From Phoronis australis (taxonomy: Eukaryota > Animalia > Phoronida), in NCBI GenBank assembly GCA_002633005.1, contig NMRA01000350.1, forward strand, positions 131,642 to 195,641: a stretch of DNA of 64,000 nt, given 5' to 3'. Positions 1-13,851 of this stretch are shown in pieces (positions within the stretch are counted from its first letter, which is position 1; each line of letters starts with the position of its first letter). The position numbers and the translations under genes were made by a program. Below the pieces are notes generated by a model. That model was not told where the DNA came from. It was given only the letters and a program-made list of their open reading frames with translations, and made no database searches.

Positions 1-1676
1 ACACATGTACCTAAATCGCTGTGAAAATAATCACGTGGGAATGTTGTTATTACCACCAGTACACCATGTGAAGAAAATTGGTGGATTTAAAACTGATACG
101 GTCAGGTTGACAGGTGGAATGAAATTGTATTAAGACGTAATTATTGTTTGTAAAAAAGTCCAAATTATTCTTAATTTTTGAAATTCAATTAATGCTGGCC
201 ACCTGTTGTTAGTTTTGTGGTGGAATCAAACTGGCGATAACAACGTGATGCAAATCGGGATTTCCTTTACTCTCAATTCTTATCTGCTTAAAGTTAATAA
301 TGACGATGGATTAAGCTTAACAGGTTTATTGATTTAGAAAATTAATCATCGACCACAGGCGGCGTTAACTGCTAATAACGACAGGTGGGGCGCTTTAGTA
401 CATTCAAGAACATGTTGAAAGCAGCTGTTGTCCTTAAAACTTATTTTGTAGATCAGATTCAGTCTGAAATAAGCCAAAATTCATGGAGTTCCTATTTTGG
501 TCCTTAGAAAGCTGAATAAAAGTGAGGGCTGATTTGCTTGATCAAAAAAACGGGTCCCAACTCAAAACAAACCGATGCCATTCCCTGAACATGTACCGAG
601 ACACCGAATGATTATGATAAAATGACATTTTGGGAAGACGTATTAACACTGCTAAAACCCCCGAAGATCCGGCGGGTCCGAACTCTGTTAGTTATTTCGG
701 ATAGCGAGCGCATGCCACCAAGCGGCTCTGAAATAGGACGAGTTAAGTGTTTGTGTGTGTGTTGTACAGGAGGTCTCGGTAAGGCCCGCGGAATGGAATG
801 GTTTACACTGGGATGTTATGGCATGGATATCCCAGGAAACCTTTCCTGAGTTTTGAGGTGTAAATCATTGATAAAGAAGCCGAGTCATAATTACTTTGAT
901 TTACCAAAGGGTCGAATTCTGAATTCCTGTACACGTCTACATGCACCGTAAAGTAAATTCCACGTCAAGACCTACAAAATTTCGTAACGAAACTGGCTGA
1001 GGGCACGCGCATTGAAGCAGACAACTTTGGTAAAAAAATTCTTCGAATTCGGCCACACAGTCCGCTACCGCGCTGGTTCTTTCGGAAAGATACACCTCAA
1101 TTCACATTCACCAATTTAAAACACGGGATGAGTTTCGACAGTCTAAAGACATCACTAAAATACAAACATTTCGTAACTCACGTCTCTTTTTGTGCTTATC
1201 TTACTTTACTATTAGTTTTTAATGATTAATTAAAAGTTGGCAGGATTCTTTAGGAAACCTCATAACTCACGGCGGCCCTCGAGTGATTACCCATAATGCA
1301 CGAGCCAGTTGTCACTTATTATGGCGCCCACTTTACGTGGCAGTGCACCAGAAAAATCAAAAGTAAACTAAAATTCGTAGTAAAGTCAGTAAAGTTATAA
1401 ATATTATAAGTTGTGTTGAAGTGTTGAATGTTCATTATCTGAGCTAAATAAGCGTTAAAATCCGGTTTATACACTTTTTTAAACTAAAGTGTGCCTTTTA
1501 AAAGGGGGTAAGGTTTGTTTGGTACATGTATCCTTTCGGTTTTTACTAGTTTTCGAGATCGTACAGAGAACTATCTTGGAGTGACCATTTCTCATGGGGT
1601 CACGTACACTTACTCTATTCCAGAAGTGAGGGTGGCGCTGCGACCGCGTCCGTAACACGACCTTTTGCGTGTACGT

Positions 1677-1705
1677 AACAAAACAAAACAAAACAAAACA
1701 AAACA
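1677..1705. repeat. (AAAAC)n microsatellite
   Basis: About 5-6 tandem AAAAC units. Confidence 0.9.
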
Positions 1706-1821
1706 TCAAAGTAATGACTAAAAACTATAGATCTATAACGCCTAACGGTATAACCGTAAGAATATCCGAAAAACCCGGCATATCCCAAGTTAATTGACAA
1801 GAAGCGTTCCGTTATACTTAC

Positions 1822-4800
1822 CCTTTCTCCCTTTGGCCCCGTACACGTGCACCCTGTGGAACATTCCTGGAATGTAAGAGTCACAAGTCTCTTTATTGTG
1901 AGCTGTCGGATAAGTAACAACATGTTGCTATATAATATGGGAATTACTGACATTCGACAACCTCAATACAAGTACGTAGTTTTTCAGACCCCGGCGGCCA
2001 AAATGTCATTGTGACCGAAGCTAGCCATTTTGCAATTACCGGTTGGTATTGATGAACCGACAGCAAAATCAAAGAACTAAACCCTTTCATTTTTAAAATA
2101 TTGTACAAGAACAGTAATTCGTAATGTAAATACATAAAAATTCAACACCATAATAGTTCATGGATTAACGCAATAGATATTTCAAAATTCTAAACAAACA
2201 TAGAGAACGTGTTTTCTGTTTCACCAGACTCCACTGACGTAATCTTAACTACCGTGAAGGATGTGTTGCGTGCTCGTGATTCAGTTTTAAAGTCGTGGGC
2301 TTTCTCACGCACTTTCTATTATCTGATAGTCATGCAATCTTCAGTAGCGCAAAAGTTTTTTAAATCATTCCCACAGCAGCGCTACGAAGATGTAGAAATT
2401 CTGAAATATGGGCCACCTAGTTTTTACTAGGCTTTTAAAAAGGCTTCATAATCTATTCAAATCATTTATGAATAAGACTCCTTTGGACACGGAAAACAGT
2501 GTATTTTACAAAATGATTCATTTGCAGTTTTGAAACTGCAAATGGCAAACAAAAGTGCAAAATTACGCTGCGTCACATATTTTTTTGTTTTTGTCGGTGT
2601 GACACGTTTTTGAGCGAATGCATCATTTTCCCCCACTTATATTTTACCCGCATACATAACTGATGCACTTTGTGCTCGCCGTATAAACCAGTGCGAAACA
2701 ATGCAACCGGAATTTAAAAATTTTTAGAAATGTCGCTAGCTTGCTAACGGTCTTTAATGCGAACCGCCTTGACACCATGCCTACTTTAGCCCAAATTCGC
2801 TTGTACATTATGTATACGCGAGTAACCTGTATCAGTTCTGTGGTTCTTATAAACACCCAGTGTGTGTAGGACGGTTTCTTCACAGTAACGTTGACAAGCT
2901 CCGTTGAAAAATTTAATTGAGCTACGGGAGTTTAGGGCATGTTTTTCAAATTTGTGGTTTTTACATATTGTTGTTACAGATTCAAGTTCCGTATACAAAT
3001 CGTGTAGGCAGGGACGCGACATTTACCTATACGGTTTCGTCGTCGTGCGACCTCCCGACGGGGTCACATCTGTCTGAGACGAATTATTTAAACATGTGCC
3101 GACTACATATGTAATTCCACAGGCACCGCATTGCAAATATTTATTTTGCTGGACTACCATTCTTTGCTGAGGCAGTTGCCTACATGCACATGTAAATTTC
3201 TACCACGGAAGTGGATGCAAACTTGTTTGGGATGTTGTAATTGAAAGGAAGACGACTGGACAAAATAAAAGACAGTTCTGTGAAGAAAACAGGAACGAGA
3301 GAAAAAAAAAACAACAGTACTGTACATGTATCTGCGCTGATAATATATTTAAGTGAACGGGAATTAGAAATACGACGAAGGCGCGGACGTAGGGCTCAAA
3401 TGATCGTTTGTTGTAACACAGCACCCAATTAATACGTTCATTATCCTATTCACCATGTGCCGGGTGTAATGTTTTAGCGATAGTTTAACCCATCCATGGT
3501 GTACTAATGAATGTTTGTACTTTTCTGCTACAAGACTTTAATAAAAAACGAGTTAAAAAAGCACGCACCAACATTCGCCACGTTGGTGAGAAACGTGCAT
3601 CTATTAAGTAAAATATGGGAACCTTCATCAGCAGGAAACGAAGAATTGCGAGAATTTATTATTTATACACGTAAATGATTACAGCAACATGGCTTATTTT
3701 ATCTCGCACAAGACGTTAATTTGTAGTCTAAAGATTCCTTTTCTGCGCACAAGAGTTGGAGAACGTCGGAAAAGGCTTCAGCAATTTTATTCGCCTGATG
3801 GGCACGCGTATACTGTGCACAGCAAAATGCACCGATGTCTCGAACTGTGTTGAGGGTGCATGCCACTCTAATTTAGGAAGGAAAAGATTTGATTGCCACA
3901 ATAATTGTTAATGAATACAACTGCGTGCAAGACTACCTACCTCCTTGGAGTTGTTTTTTGGAGACAATGGTAATATGGTATCACTTCCGATCCCTACGTT
4001 CTGAGCTGTTAAAAGGTCTGAAAATAAACCGTACGGTTGAAAAGTGATGACTTGTTTCTTACGATTTTCGATTAGTTTTGAATGGTTTGGGACTGAACCT
4101 AGACAACAGCTCACGAATTTTCCCAGGGTTTCTGATTTTTTCAGCAAGCACTTGTATTCTTAACCCACAACTGAAAATAAACGTTGATAAAAGCAAACTG
4201 TTCGAGTTATGACCAAGGCTTTTTCGGGGACACCGACTAAACATTTGCGCTATTGTTGTCAACGAAAGCAAGGACACACGACTTTGAGGCCATAATTCGT
4301 TTCGATGTACCATATACAGACATTTTTCAGATTAGAGATTTACATTTTATATTAATCGCCTTTTTCACCAAGCGTGGGGCGAAGTAACTTTAAAGTAGGC
4401 TAATTTGCAATGGGCGTGTCCTTGTATTGAGTAGCTTTATTGGGAAAGAAACTGAGGCAATTTGTGCGACCTGCAAATACGTTAGAGTTGAAAATGCAAT
4501 TGGGAACACTTCGTCACCACTTGGGTCATCACAACTCGTCGCGCCTTCTCCGTGGACAAATGTTCATATGTTTAAAGTTTGAAACAATTTTATCGATGAA
4601 GATTGAAAGTTGAAGACATGGGACCAAGATTTCACATATTTACACGAAGTCTAACTCGGAAATATTTTTGCGAATTTTTTATTCTACTTCTGTGCAAACT
4701 TTAGATAAGTTTCTATTACTTTATGCTCGAGCACGTAATGGCTTGCATGAATAACAATTTAATCCTAGTTTGCATTTGGTGACTCGTGCATTAAGGCTGC

Positions 4801-7800
4801 ACATTTGGTTCTAAGCTTGATATTTGAATTGTTACTCGAAATTTTGAGTTTCTATCTTAAAGCAACGTATCACCAAGTGCAAACCTGGAGTAGAAACTCA
4901 TATGCATAAACGCTAAAGTACTCGAGTGTTCGCGCAAAGGATTTCCATTCTCATCTGCGCAAACAAAGACACATAAACAGTCTGTACACAGAAGTACCAG
5001 TGGCGGATTTAAAGGGGGCAAAAGGGGACATGTCCCCCCTAAATTTCTCCCAGATTACATTTGGCAGTTCGGGGATGCGAATATCTGACGGGAATATCCT
5101 GGTTGATATTCTGCCCTGCACCCCAACTCAAAATCCTGGATCCGCTCTTGAGTACTCTATAATTTGCATAACGTTTAAAAATAAGTAAATGAATAAAGTG
5201 GCAAGTACACCATGTAGCTCAGTTGTCTCCTTTGTCATCAGAAGCTCTACATGTACGCAGCAACTTTCGATACTTTTCACGTTTCCAAGACGGTTGTGCC
5301 AAATCCTGCACATCGTTGATGAAAACCAGCTTGTTTATGTGAAGTGGAAACTGTTTGACGTACGTACACGTACATGCGTTCACGTGGGCCGTCCGTAGTC
5401 TCATCTGTCCCCTGTCTTTTAAGTTTTTCCTTTTATCATGGCTAATTGAAAACGGGTGCATAAACATAACACTTAAACATTATGTTTGTACTTAGAATGT
5501 TCGAAAGAGACACGTGGAAACTGATACAGAAAAAACAAAATCGTGGAGAGCGTTCTGTAGATAAAGTTTCTTGCGAGAAACGCAAGACCTCGCAAAATCA
5601 CGCAAATGAAACGCAAGTGCTTCGCAAGTATGCTCGGGGGCTTAGTAGCCTATTCCAGCAAAGTTGCACTGCTGAAATGTGATTAGTCGGTAAGGTTGGA
5701 ATGTTGAATTATGGGACAGAATTTGCGACTTATGGGGCTGAATTCACTGGTTCCGTTTCAGTAACCGAACTTTTTTCGCAGCAAGTGCAAGCTAACTTGT
5801 GTAGCAGTCTACGGAACGTAACCCGGGGTTGAGTTCTGAAAACGCGAAAATCTCATGAGTACTTCTACTGCTATCACAAGCTTCGTTTGTAGTTGATGGT
5901 GTATCTCGCGAATGGGCTTGTGATCTTGCGTTTTTGCTAGTGTATTCCGCCTACTGAACGGGCACCTGCTGATCTGACACCGACAGATTTAGGACATTGA
6001 CGGGAGGTGAAGGTGACAAAGGTGACTCAACCATAATTTATTGCCATGCTCAGATAGGTGCCTCCTCAGTATCCACCGAAATGTCTCTTTGGACCCAAGA
6101 AGGGAACAGATTCACTCTTTGAGGAGATGATCAACTAACCAACAGAGGCACTTATCGACGGAGTGGGCGGAACGGGGACTTTATAGAGCAGGGTATTCCA
6201 TACTGCGGCGCCGCTGGAATGACATTTCTTAAATTTGCTTCTCTAACTTTGGCATTGGTTCGTACTCATTTTTAGAAGTTTGGTGTATATTTCGCCCGCG
6301 CTGTGAATGGTCCTACGGAAGTACGATACATATATTTTCGCAACTTAAATAGGTCGTACACTTGAAGCTTCGGTGTAAATATGAGTCTCAATTGGGTGCG
6401 TATAAACAAGGTAGCATTTTTCAAGACACAGCACCAAAATATATTGACCGAGTGAGCACTCCGGCAAAATGACATTTTATGCCAGAATAGGCCCATGCTG
6501 GATTGACCTCTTTTCTTTAGTCAAATTAGAAATATACACTACACGACTGACCTACTTTTCAACAGTACAAGTACTCTTGGATTGACTTAACTACCAAGTG
6601 GAAGCATCTCCAACACCAGTCTTTGACCCTTGTGCCGATTTATTGGAGGAAGCCTAGATACCCAACGCGCAACAGTACAAGTTTTCCAGTATTCCAATGG
6701 CGAATTACATAATAACTAGGAGATGAGAGAGTGACTATGTCTGTACATGCACGTATTTAGGCCCATGCGTCAAAGAATTTTTTTTATTTCGCATATAACT
6801 GCGTGCGCCTCAGTTTCGGTTATAGGAGTAGGTGCTTGTCGTTTGCGCAGTGGATACAGGCACAAGCATTGTTCGATGGACAAAGGCACGTGACCCAGCA
6901 CTTGCGCAACCATGTTCAACAGCGGAGGCAAAATCATGTTCGCTTGTAAAATTTTTCATTTTATGACAACAGCATTTTAGTGACTATAAACTGGCGAAAA
7001 TTTTTCGAGTTCTTCGCTACATTAAGTGGAAGTATCCAAACATAAATGGAATGCAGAGGCGGATCCAGGGCCTCACTATGATTCGATAGTACATGAGCAT
7101 GTGAAGAAGCAGAACAAGTGTTGGGCGCATGTTTTATTCGTCTTGCGCTGCTTTTGTTGCAAGCCGTTGTGGCGAGCGTGAAACTGTAGATCAGGCAGAA
7201 CGGTGGACATGTATATGAGAACACGTGTAAATTGGGGCGATAAAGAGCCACAGGCAGGGTTGTTTAATTAGACGAGTTTTTATTACCGAAACCACGGCAA
7301 TGTTATTAATGTACAGAGTAACGGTCTAATGATAACACAGACGTCGACCATATTTCAATCCGCATACGTTTAGGTAGAAACACGAACTTGAACGCAACTG
7401 ATGAATTTGCCGCTTTTTCAATTCGAAATTCCCAGTCATGTATTATATGTGCTTTTGAAATAACATTTTACATAACATTCAACGTGGAATGAACGTCCGC
7501 GTATTGTGTAAAAACCTTACAAGACGCTACACGAGCAATCCAAATCCAAACCAAATCAAACGAAACATCTTTCCATTAAGCTCACGTGACTCATTGGTTT
7601 TGAAAATAGAATTATGGGTAATACAAACACGTCACAGTTTGATATTTACGGAATGGTTTTCGATCAGTAATATATTACCATGCCAGGAACTGCATTTGAT
7701 GTTCTATATCCGTAGCAATACCACTAAGATGAAATTTAGATCTACCTGTGCGCCCTGCAAACCTATCGACAAAGTTGAACACAAGTGACTATTATTGAAA

Positions 7801-8956
7801 CCAATTACCTTAAAAATGGCTGTAAATGCGCTTTCCGTTAAAAAAACAACTTCGGTTTTAGACCAGTTATTGTTATAAAATAGGCCCCACCTTGTTCCTT
7901 ATGCAGATGGGAAGTGAGCAGTTGTCTTGCAATTACTGGTCAGGATTATGCCCGGTGCGTAGAATGACATACCGTGATAAGTCAAGTGGTAGGGTCTGAT
8001 TTCAATCAATATCGAATTGTCATTTCTTTCCAAACCGATACATCACACTTATTTTGACTAAGGAATGGTTCGAGACCAATTTCATAACGACAAATGGTCA
8101 ATATATCAGAAGTTGAATTCTGTTTAGTAGCCGGATGTACTTTAAGAAAAACTACGGGCACCTGGTGTTTGCCTATGGGAAATTGATAAACGAAAACAAT
8201 TTTGCAGACTTTTCGAAAAGATTCCTTGGCTTGGAAAATTACAAGATTTATGACCTGCTGCACCTTGTATAGAAGTTGACGAACTTTTGCAAATTTTGTC
8301 AACACTCACTGTAAATATTCGACTATTCAACAATCGTCTATTCCTCGTAGTCGCTTAATTCCAAGAGGGTCCAAAGTTTAGAACTGGAGGTTTTCAACTG
8401 TCTCTCAGAAAACAAGCTTTGGTACACAAAACCACCTACATGTATAAATCATTTGTAATCAGTGACGCCAAAGTAAACGTATTTACTTCTACCATCCCTT
8501 TAACGTCCGTAATGAATCACTGAAGAGGCATCGACGAATCAAATGTTCTGGTGTGCCTTGTCGTTTTGATTCCTTACAGCTAGCAAAGATAGTATCTTTG
8601 AAGCTTGCAGCCTTGTCAGTGAAGTACAAATTACGAAATACTTCGATAAATGCAAATAAAAGACTTACACATTCCTTAACTGACTCAAACACCCTGTTTT
8701 TAATGAAGCATGTCGGTGTATACGTAAACATTTACAAATTGAGACATCATTTTTCTAGTAAGCACAAGCAACACCCATGGTCCGGGCGGACTTGAACAAA
8801 TGTGCGTAATTTTACGAATCAGATAGCTAATCGCTGAAGCCATTGATGATTGCTTAATTACAGTAATAAGTGTATATTATGTCATGCGACACACTTACCT
8901 CCTGACAACGTAAAGATGACTACTGGAACCAAAACAAGCCTGACTAGGGAGCCCAT
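1822..8956 (-). CDS. 5' part of a type IV collagen-like gene (signal peptide and start of 7S domain); continues off the left edge
   Basis: Three exons with canonical AG/GT sites and compatible phases: 8899-8956 (MGSLVRLVLVPVVIFTLSG, phase 1), 3941-4017 (DLLTAQNVGIGSDTILPLSPKNNSKE, phase 1 to 0) and 1822-1866 (ECSTGCTCTGPKGER). The joined product has a hydrophobic signal peptide with an LTA/Q cleavage-like site. It is followed by C-x3-C-x-C-x-G-P-K-G-E-R, resembling the collagen IV 7S start (cf. DCSGGCQCYPEKGGRG in vertebrate alpha2(IV)). Confidence 0.7.
4620..4960. mobile_element. Diverged MITE-like repeat, same family as 9965-10322
   Basis: Shares blocks (TGTGC.AACT, TATGCTCGAG.AC.TAATG.CTT, CTAGTTTGCA) with 9965-10322 and with fragments near 17200-17290 and 26570-26700. 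Confidence 0.5.
4998..5150 (+). mobile_element. Short non-autonomous element, CAGTGGCGGATTT...GGATCCGC family A, with 5-bp TSD
   Basis: Imperfect terminal inverted repeats and a flanking direct repeat AGTAC at 4993-4997 and 5151-5155. Related copies at 31018-31293, 44541-44700 and 42366-42560. Confidence 0.7.
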
Positions 8957-9964
8957 TTCCTAAAAATCGGTTGCTGCACTCTCACCGTCTCAGTCAGACT
9001 CAACCTTTTCCTCCGGAGGACATATCTCGACTCATTTATATTAGACGACCTTGATGCTAACAATGTTCCGGCATGCACTATTCTGACCTGATCTTGGAAC
9101 CGCCAACAGGCCTGGTCACGTGAGGCCGCACGCTGTTTGAGCAGACGATGAAACTCAGAGCAACGGAACACTATGACAACGGCGATTCAAATATTTTGAC
9201 ATCACAAGGGCGCTGAGAATGAGGTATACATGTACCTTGCATTGAAATAAAACACTGCAACAGTGTCCCGAACGTTCAAGCACAATAGAGTCGGAAACTG
9301 TCTATTCAAAGCTGTATAAAAGAGGAAGACAGAAAGAGCGTTAGGAAATATTGAGTTTTGTAACTAACGCGGGTAATGGCGAAGCGGCCGAAACAACGTG
9401 TAGGAAGCGTCTCCCCGTTTTCTTTATTTTTTTAGTCGCGCGGTTGCATGTCAGCAAGGAAGTCCACAGTCTCAGAAGTCCAAGCCTTCTTTCATGCGGT
9501 CGTGCTTTACGCGATTGCCTGAGACAAAGTGTTGCCCCCTCCCTTTATGGAATCCTAGATCCGCCACTACGAAATTGCATTAAAATCACATCAAAAATTT
9601 GTTACAGTGATTCACATTCATCCTCAGTTTTAGAGATGTCTCAGATTTGAAACATTTCATCTGTCACAACAGATTCAACGTGAAACAATGTATCAGAATA
9701 ATGCAGGAGCAGCACAAGAGTTTTGATTGCCCTGTACCACAGCGCCACCTCTGGATGAAAGTGGCCGTAAAGGATGACAACCAGTCGGTAGGCGTCTGTT
9801 CATGAAAAGTAACTTGTAAGTCTAGTCAGGAATTTGATCTTATTATATACACAGTTTTTTCTGAAATAATTAAATTTCAATTTAGCAAAATATAAACTCT
9901 TTGAGAATGTACCTGGGCGTGAAAGGTCAACCCTGAGCTGAGACAAGAATAGAATACTAATATT

Positions 9965-10322
9965 TCTGGGCCAGGTCTCTGACCTTCATACTCGAAAAAA
10001 ACTCGAAATTAGTTTTGGTTATTTCTGTGCTCCTTTTGTGCGAACTCAAGGTACGTGGTGATCGGAATGTGCTCGAACACATTATAGTTTATGCCTATAG
10101 GTTTCTAGTACTTGAAGACCCGTTCTACGAACTCGAATGAAAACTAGTAATTTCGAGTTCAAACTCGAACTTTTTGCCTGAATGTTAGGTTCACCATCTG
10201 CAAACTAGGACTAATCAATTGTCCACGTAAGTCATTATGTACTCGAGCATAGAATAATAGACACTTGAGTTCGCACAAAAGTAGAGTAGAAAATGCCAAA
10301 GAGTAAAGAACGGGTCCTGGTC
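9965..10322. mobile_element. Palindromic MITE-like repeat
   Basis: Left arm TTTTGTGCGAACTCAAG...TGCTCGAACACAT is mirrored by right arm ATGTACTCGAGCA...CTTGAGTTCGCACAAAA. Confidence 0.55.
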
Positions 10323-13300
10323 TCATCTGAAAGCCCAGTCTCTTTCATTTTTTTTCCAAAACGGACTCATGTTAGGTGTCACCTGACCCAAAAACTATCC
10401 CGATTTTAATGCGTTTTCTAATTAATATTGTAAATAACTTAATTGTGTGTATTTCAATGTATTATCAAATTTGTGCAACCACAAAACCTAAACTATCCAA
10501 AAAAGTTATTTGACCCGAAGCACATCGACAACCTCTCGGGGTCAAAGGCCAACTCCTGGATACCATAGTGTCGTATGTCCGTCGCATAAAGTGCTAATAA
10601 GGTTAGTTATGTAAGAAGTTTGGACTCAAAATCAAAATGATTTCAGATTCTCATTTAACTTGTTACTCAATACAATTGACCAAAATTATTCGTTAAGTCA
10701 GGAATCGTACAGTCGTTCGCAAATGTGAACTTGCGTTACGTACGTCCGTCTCACCTATGAACATACAAATTTTCAGCCAACAAATTAAACTTAAGTCGTA
10801 TTTTAACTTTCTAATTTGGCAGAAGATAACATTTGTCTCGCACTTGAGACCCTGAGGCGAATAAATATTACAAAAATGGCTATAACGGAAGTTGCTACAG
10901 ATTTAAAACAGATGCAGTGGAATTCTGTTGAAAAGTTATACTTTATAGTGTCACCTAGTAAGTTTGGTTAAGTGGAATTCATTTTATTAATTCTAAATTT
11001 CGACAGTTAGAGCACATTTTAAATGTAAATAAAGGAACACGTTAATTTAAAGAACTTATTCAGTAGTCTGTGTTGCTGTGTCATGTTTTTAAAGATATCC
11101 CCGGTTTTTAGAAAATTGCAGAAGCAATGACTTCCTAAGGTGCTCTGCAGTTTAGAAAAACACGAGATCTAAAAGGTACACGCGCCAAGTTGCTGTTGTG
11201 CTGGAATCAACATGTTATTTCTGCTGTGACCCGCTGTGATATGCTTTGTGTTGGTCAAGTCTATATACATGTACTTAGCATTTGTAAGTGGTAGCAAGAT
11301 GTGGCCTTCATGTGCTTTACTAAATTTGTCGTGTTTTGTTTTTCGGTGCCTTGGATGGCTTGTGTGACATGATTTCATAAGAAATGATTACATCGTCTCA
11401 GTTTACACATTTCTGACAAAACAAGTACGCTGATCATGCTATTTTTTAAGATAGATTGTTTTTTTTCTGCTGAGCTTAGAGGTGATTGAATCGATGTTTA
11501 GGTAGAAACGAGAGAGGGAATTGCTGGAGACCTGGGGAAGAAAAGATGTCGACTGGGAGAGGAGCAAATATATGCCGCGATGTTCTCTGAAACTCTAAAA
11601 ATGTCAACGGGTATCCAAAAACCTCATAATTACACCTACGTGATCTGTGATGCGACTTTTTAACACTCCTCTTTAAAATGGAAATGAAAACGTGAATTAA
11701 AAATGAATGAAAAGCTATCAAAATTCATCACATCTGATAATTTTAGTGGCTTCACATGTTCCTAAATCACATTCCAAAATTTACTACAATTCAATGTCTG
11801 CCTTCACACTGCAAGGAGGCACCTGTGGCTTGGATAAATATATGAATGCCGCAAGATAACTTATCCAGGTGACACTTCTTTATAAGACTTAGAAGATACT
11901 GAAGTCCTGTTACTAATGCATTTAAAACATCACTTTTATAGCCATGCGTCAGAATCATCAATGACATGGCTCAGACAATAAGTCTACAAGTTTAGGGCAT
12001 GTTCCAATTTTAAAAACAAATAATTAAAAGGCTTTTTGGTACAATGATGATTAATATTGAACAGCTTATTATTTAAAATGTCTTATTGTTAGGCAGACAT
12101 AGGCAGAAAATTGAATTTTGGGCCTAAAAACCGAGGCCCCCTATATTAATATAGGGGGCCTCGGTTATTGTTGTAAATCGTATTTAGCATTTTATGTCTA
12201 TAGAATAGCTTCATTTAGTTTTAAGTTGCGAATTTGTTTTCTACTTAAAGCAAAGAGCCCAGGTTTCTTAAATGTCAGCTGGTGTCAAATACAGAATGAT
12301 TATCGCTCTGACCAATTCTCATCCATATCATTTACGGTCTTCGAAGTGAGAAATTTAGAATGGTACCTATGTCTTTCATCAAAGGTGCTGAAAATTCAAA
12401 GTCTTAGTGAGCATACCCGACATATGCTTATACGAGGTTACGATTTTGTGCAAAAGAAGAAACGGTATATTTTAATTGACATTGCATCAGTTGCAAAATA
12501 CCACAAAATCCTAAATACTTTAATCAGATTTAATTATTCTGAATTGACATCTTACCCACAACAAACGCCATAATACTAAAAATTCCGAGAGTAGGCCCGT
12601 CTCGTACATCCGTCACACTCACTCAAAGTACAACGAGTTGTCTGACAGAAGATTATTCGAAGATATCACCAAAAATGACAGTGTTGTATTTCACAAACAT
12701 TCCATTAAATCCTAATATAAGATAAAAAGGTAATATTTTCCTATTCACAAAAATATCTCACAACAGCGTAAACCTATGAACAGAAACTGCAGTCCTCACA
12801 TTCTCAACCGTATACATGTATACAGCCCTGGGGCCAGTTCCAACAAAACTGACTTAGCTAAGACAAATCTCAAATTTCAGTCAATTTTAATATAAAACTT
12901 AAATACGTCAGCCCGTTTCAGGAAAGAGATGTAAAGTTTGCCTCAATTTTTTTAGTTAAGTTTGTTCTGAAGACTATCTTGGCGGACGTGAAAGTTTCAA
13001 AGTTAGGAAGTTGCACTCAGTCTCAATCTTAGATCGAGGCCCTGTATTACAAACAACGGCATCTAACGGCAAGACACTGATTGAATTTTCTGGTATTTTT
13101 TCAGTCTATCTTGTTGCAAAGCACAAAATGTATTTACTGATATATCAGACTCAAAAATAAAAACTCGAGAGATACTAGACTATACTTTTCATAAGGAAAA
13201 ACAAAAGGAGTTTGGTATAGGAATTCTTTTGGAGAGTCGAGATGATGATGATAATTTTGGAAGCACTCCCGCGTCATTGGCGCTAAAATAACTTCATTGA

Positions 13301-13851
13301 CGTACGGTGATTGCTTTACTGCTGAAGCCACAATGACCATTAATAGTGGAAGCGAAAAATGACAAAAGAAACTAAACCTGGTCCATAGACCTGAGGCCAT
13401 GTGGGCCAATTCAGTCATACCTAGGTTTTGCTAAAATAATCCCTGCTAAATAAAATCCCATTGTAAACTCCGTCAGAAGAGACACATCTATTCCAAGCTA
13501 TAAGAATGTTGCCGTTCATAAAAACGTCATCCCCCAAAAAATATCTTTTTGTAGAAGTTCTCAACACTGCAGCATATTTTTCATTGAATTAAAATTGAGT
13601 AAATAACACTTGGAACTGTATTATTTTTAATGGAACAAACATTAAAAATTTTTAGACAATCTGTGGAGTTCTCAAGCAACACCTGCTTCGTTTCCAAAAT
13701 GCTTATATATTGCAGAAAGGTTTTAAAAAAACTGAACGAACTACAAGCGATGTCAATGTAGTCAATATAGACGGAGAGATTGTTTGCTGTCACCTTCGGT
13801 CCGAATCAGTCCACCTATTACCGATACGAAGATTAGCGGCGTACATATATC

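Noticed and set aside
3027-3073. Exon-like segment on minus (TDVTPSGGRTTTKPY|gtaaat) within the left collagen gene
   Set aside because: It ends in phase 2, incompatible with the phase-0 ECSTG exon, and no bridging exon was found.
6053-6156. 12-bp inverted repeat GATAGGTGCCTC / GAGGCACTTATC
   Set aside because: Short, with one mismatch and no further pairing or recognisable RNA family; could be chance.
7809-7819. 11-nt micro-exon candidate on minus (tttacag|CCATTTTTAAG|gtaatt), phase 1 to 0
   Set aside because: It has the same phases as 3941-4017, which gives a better signal-peptide cleavage site. Both cannot be included in frame, and it is too short to support without RNA data.
9315-9322. 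TATAAAAG on + near the left collagen start
   Set aside because: Wrong strand for the adjacent gene and 4.5 kb from the pseudogene ATG; no support for a promoter call.
12118-12573. 151-aa + strand ORF
   Set aside because: Non-ATG start, no motif and no convincing splice structure; consistent with chance in AT-rich DNA.
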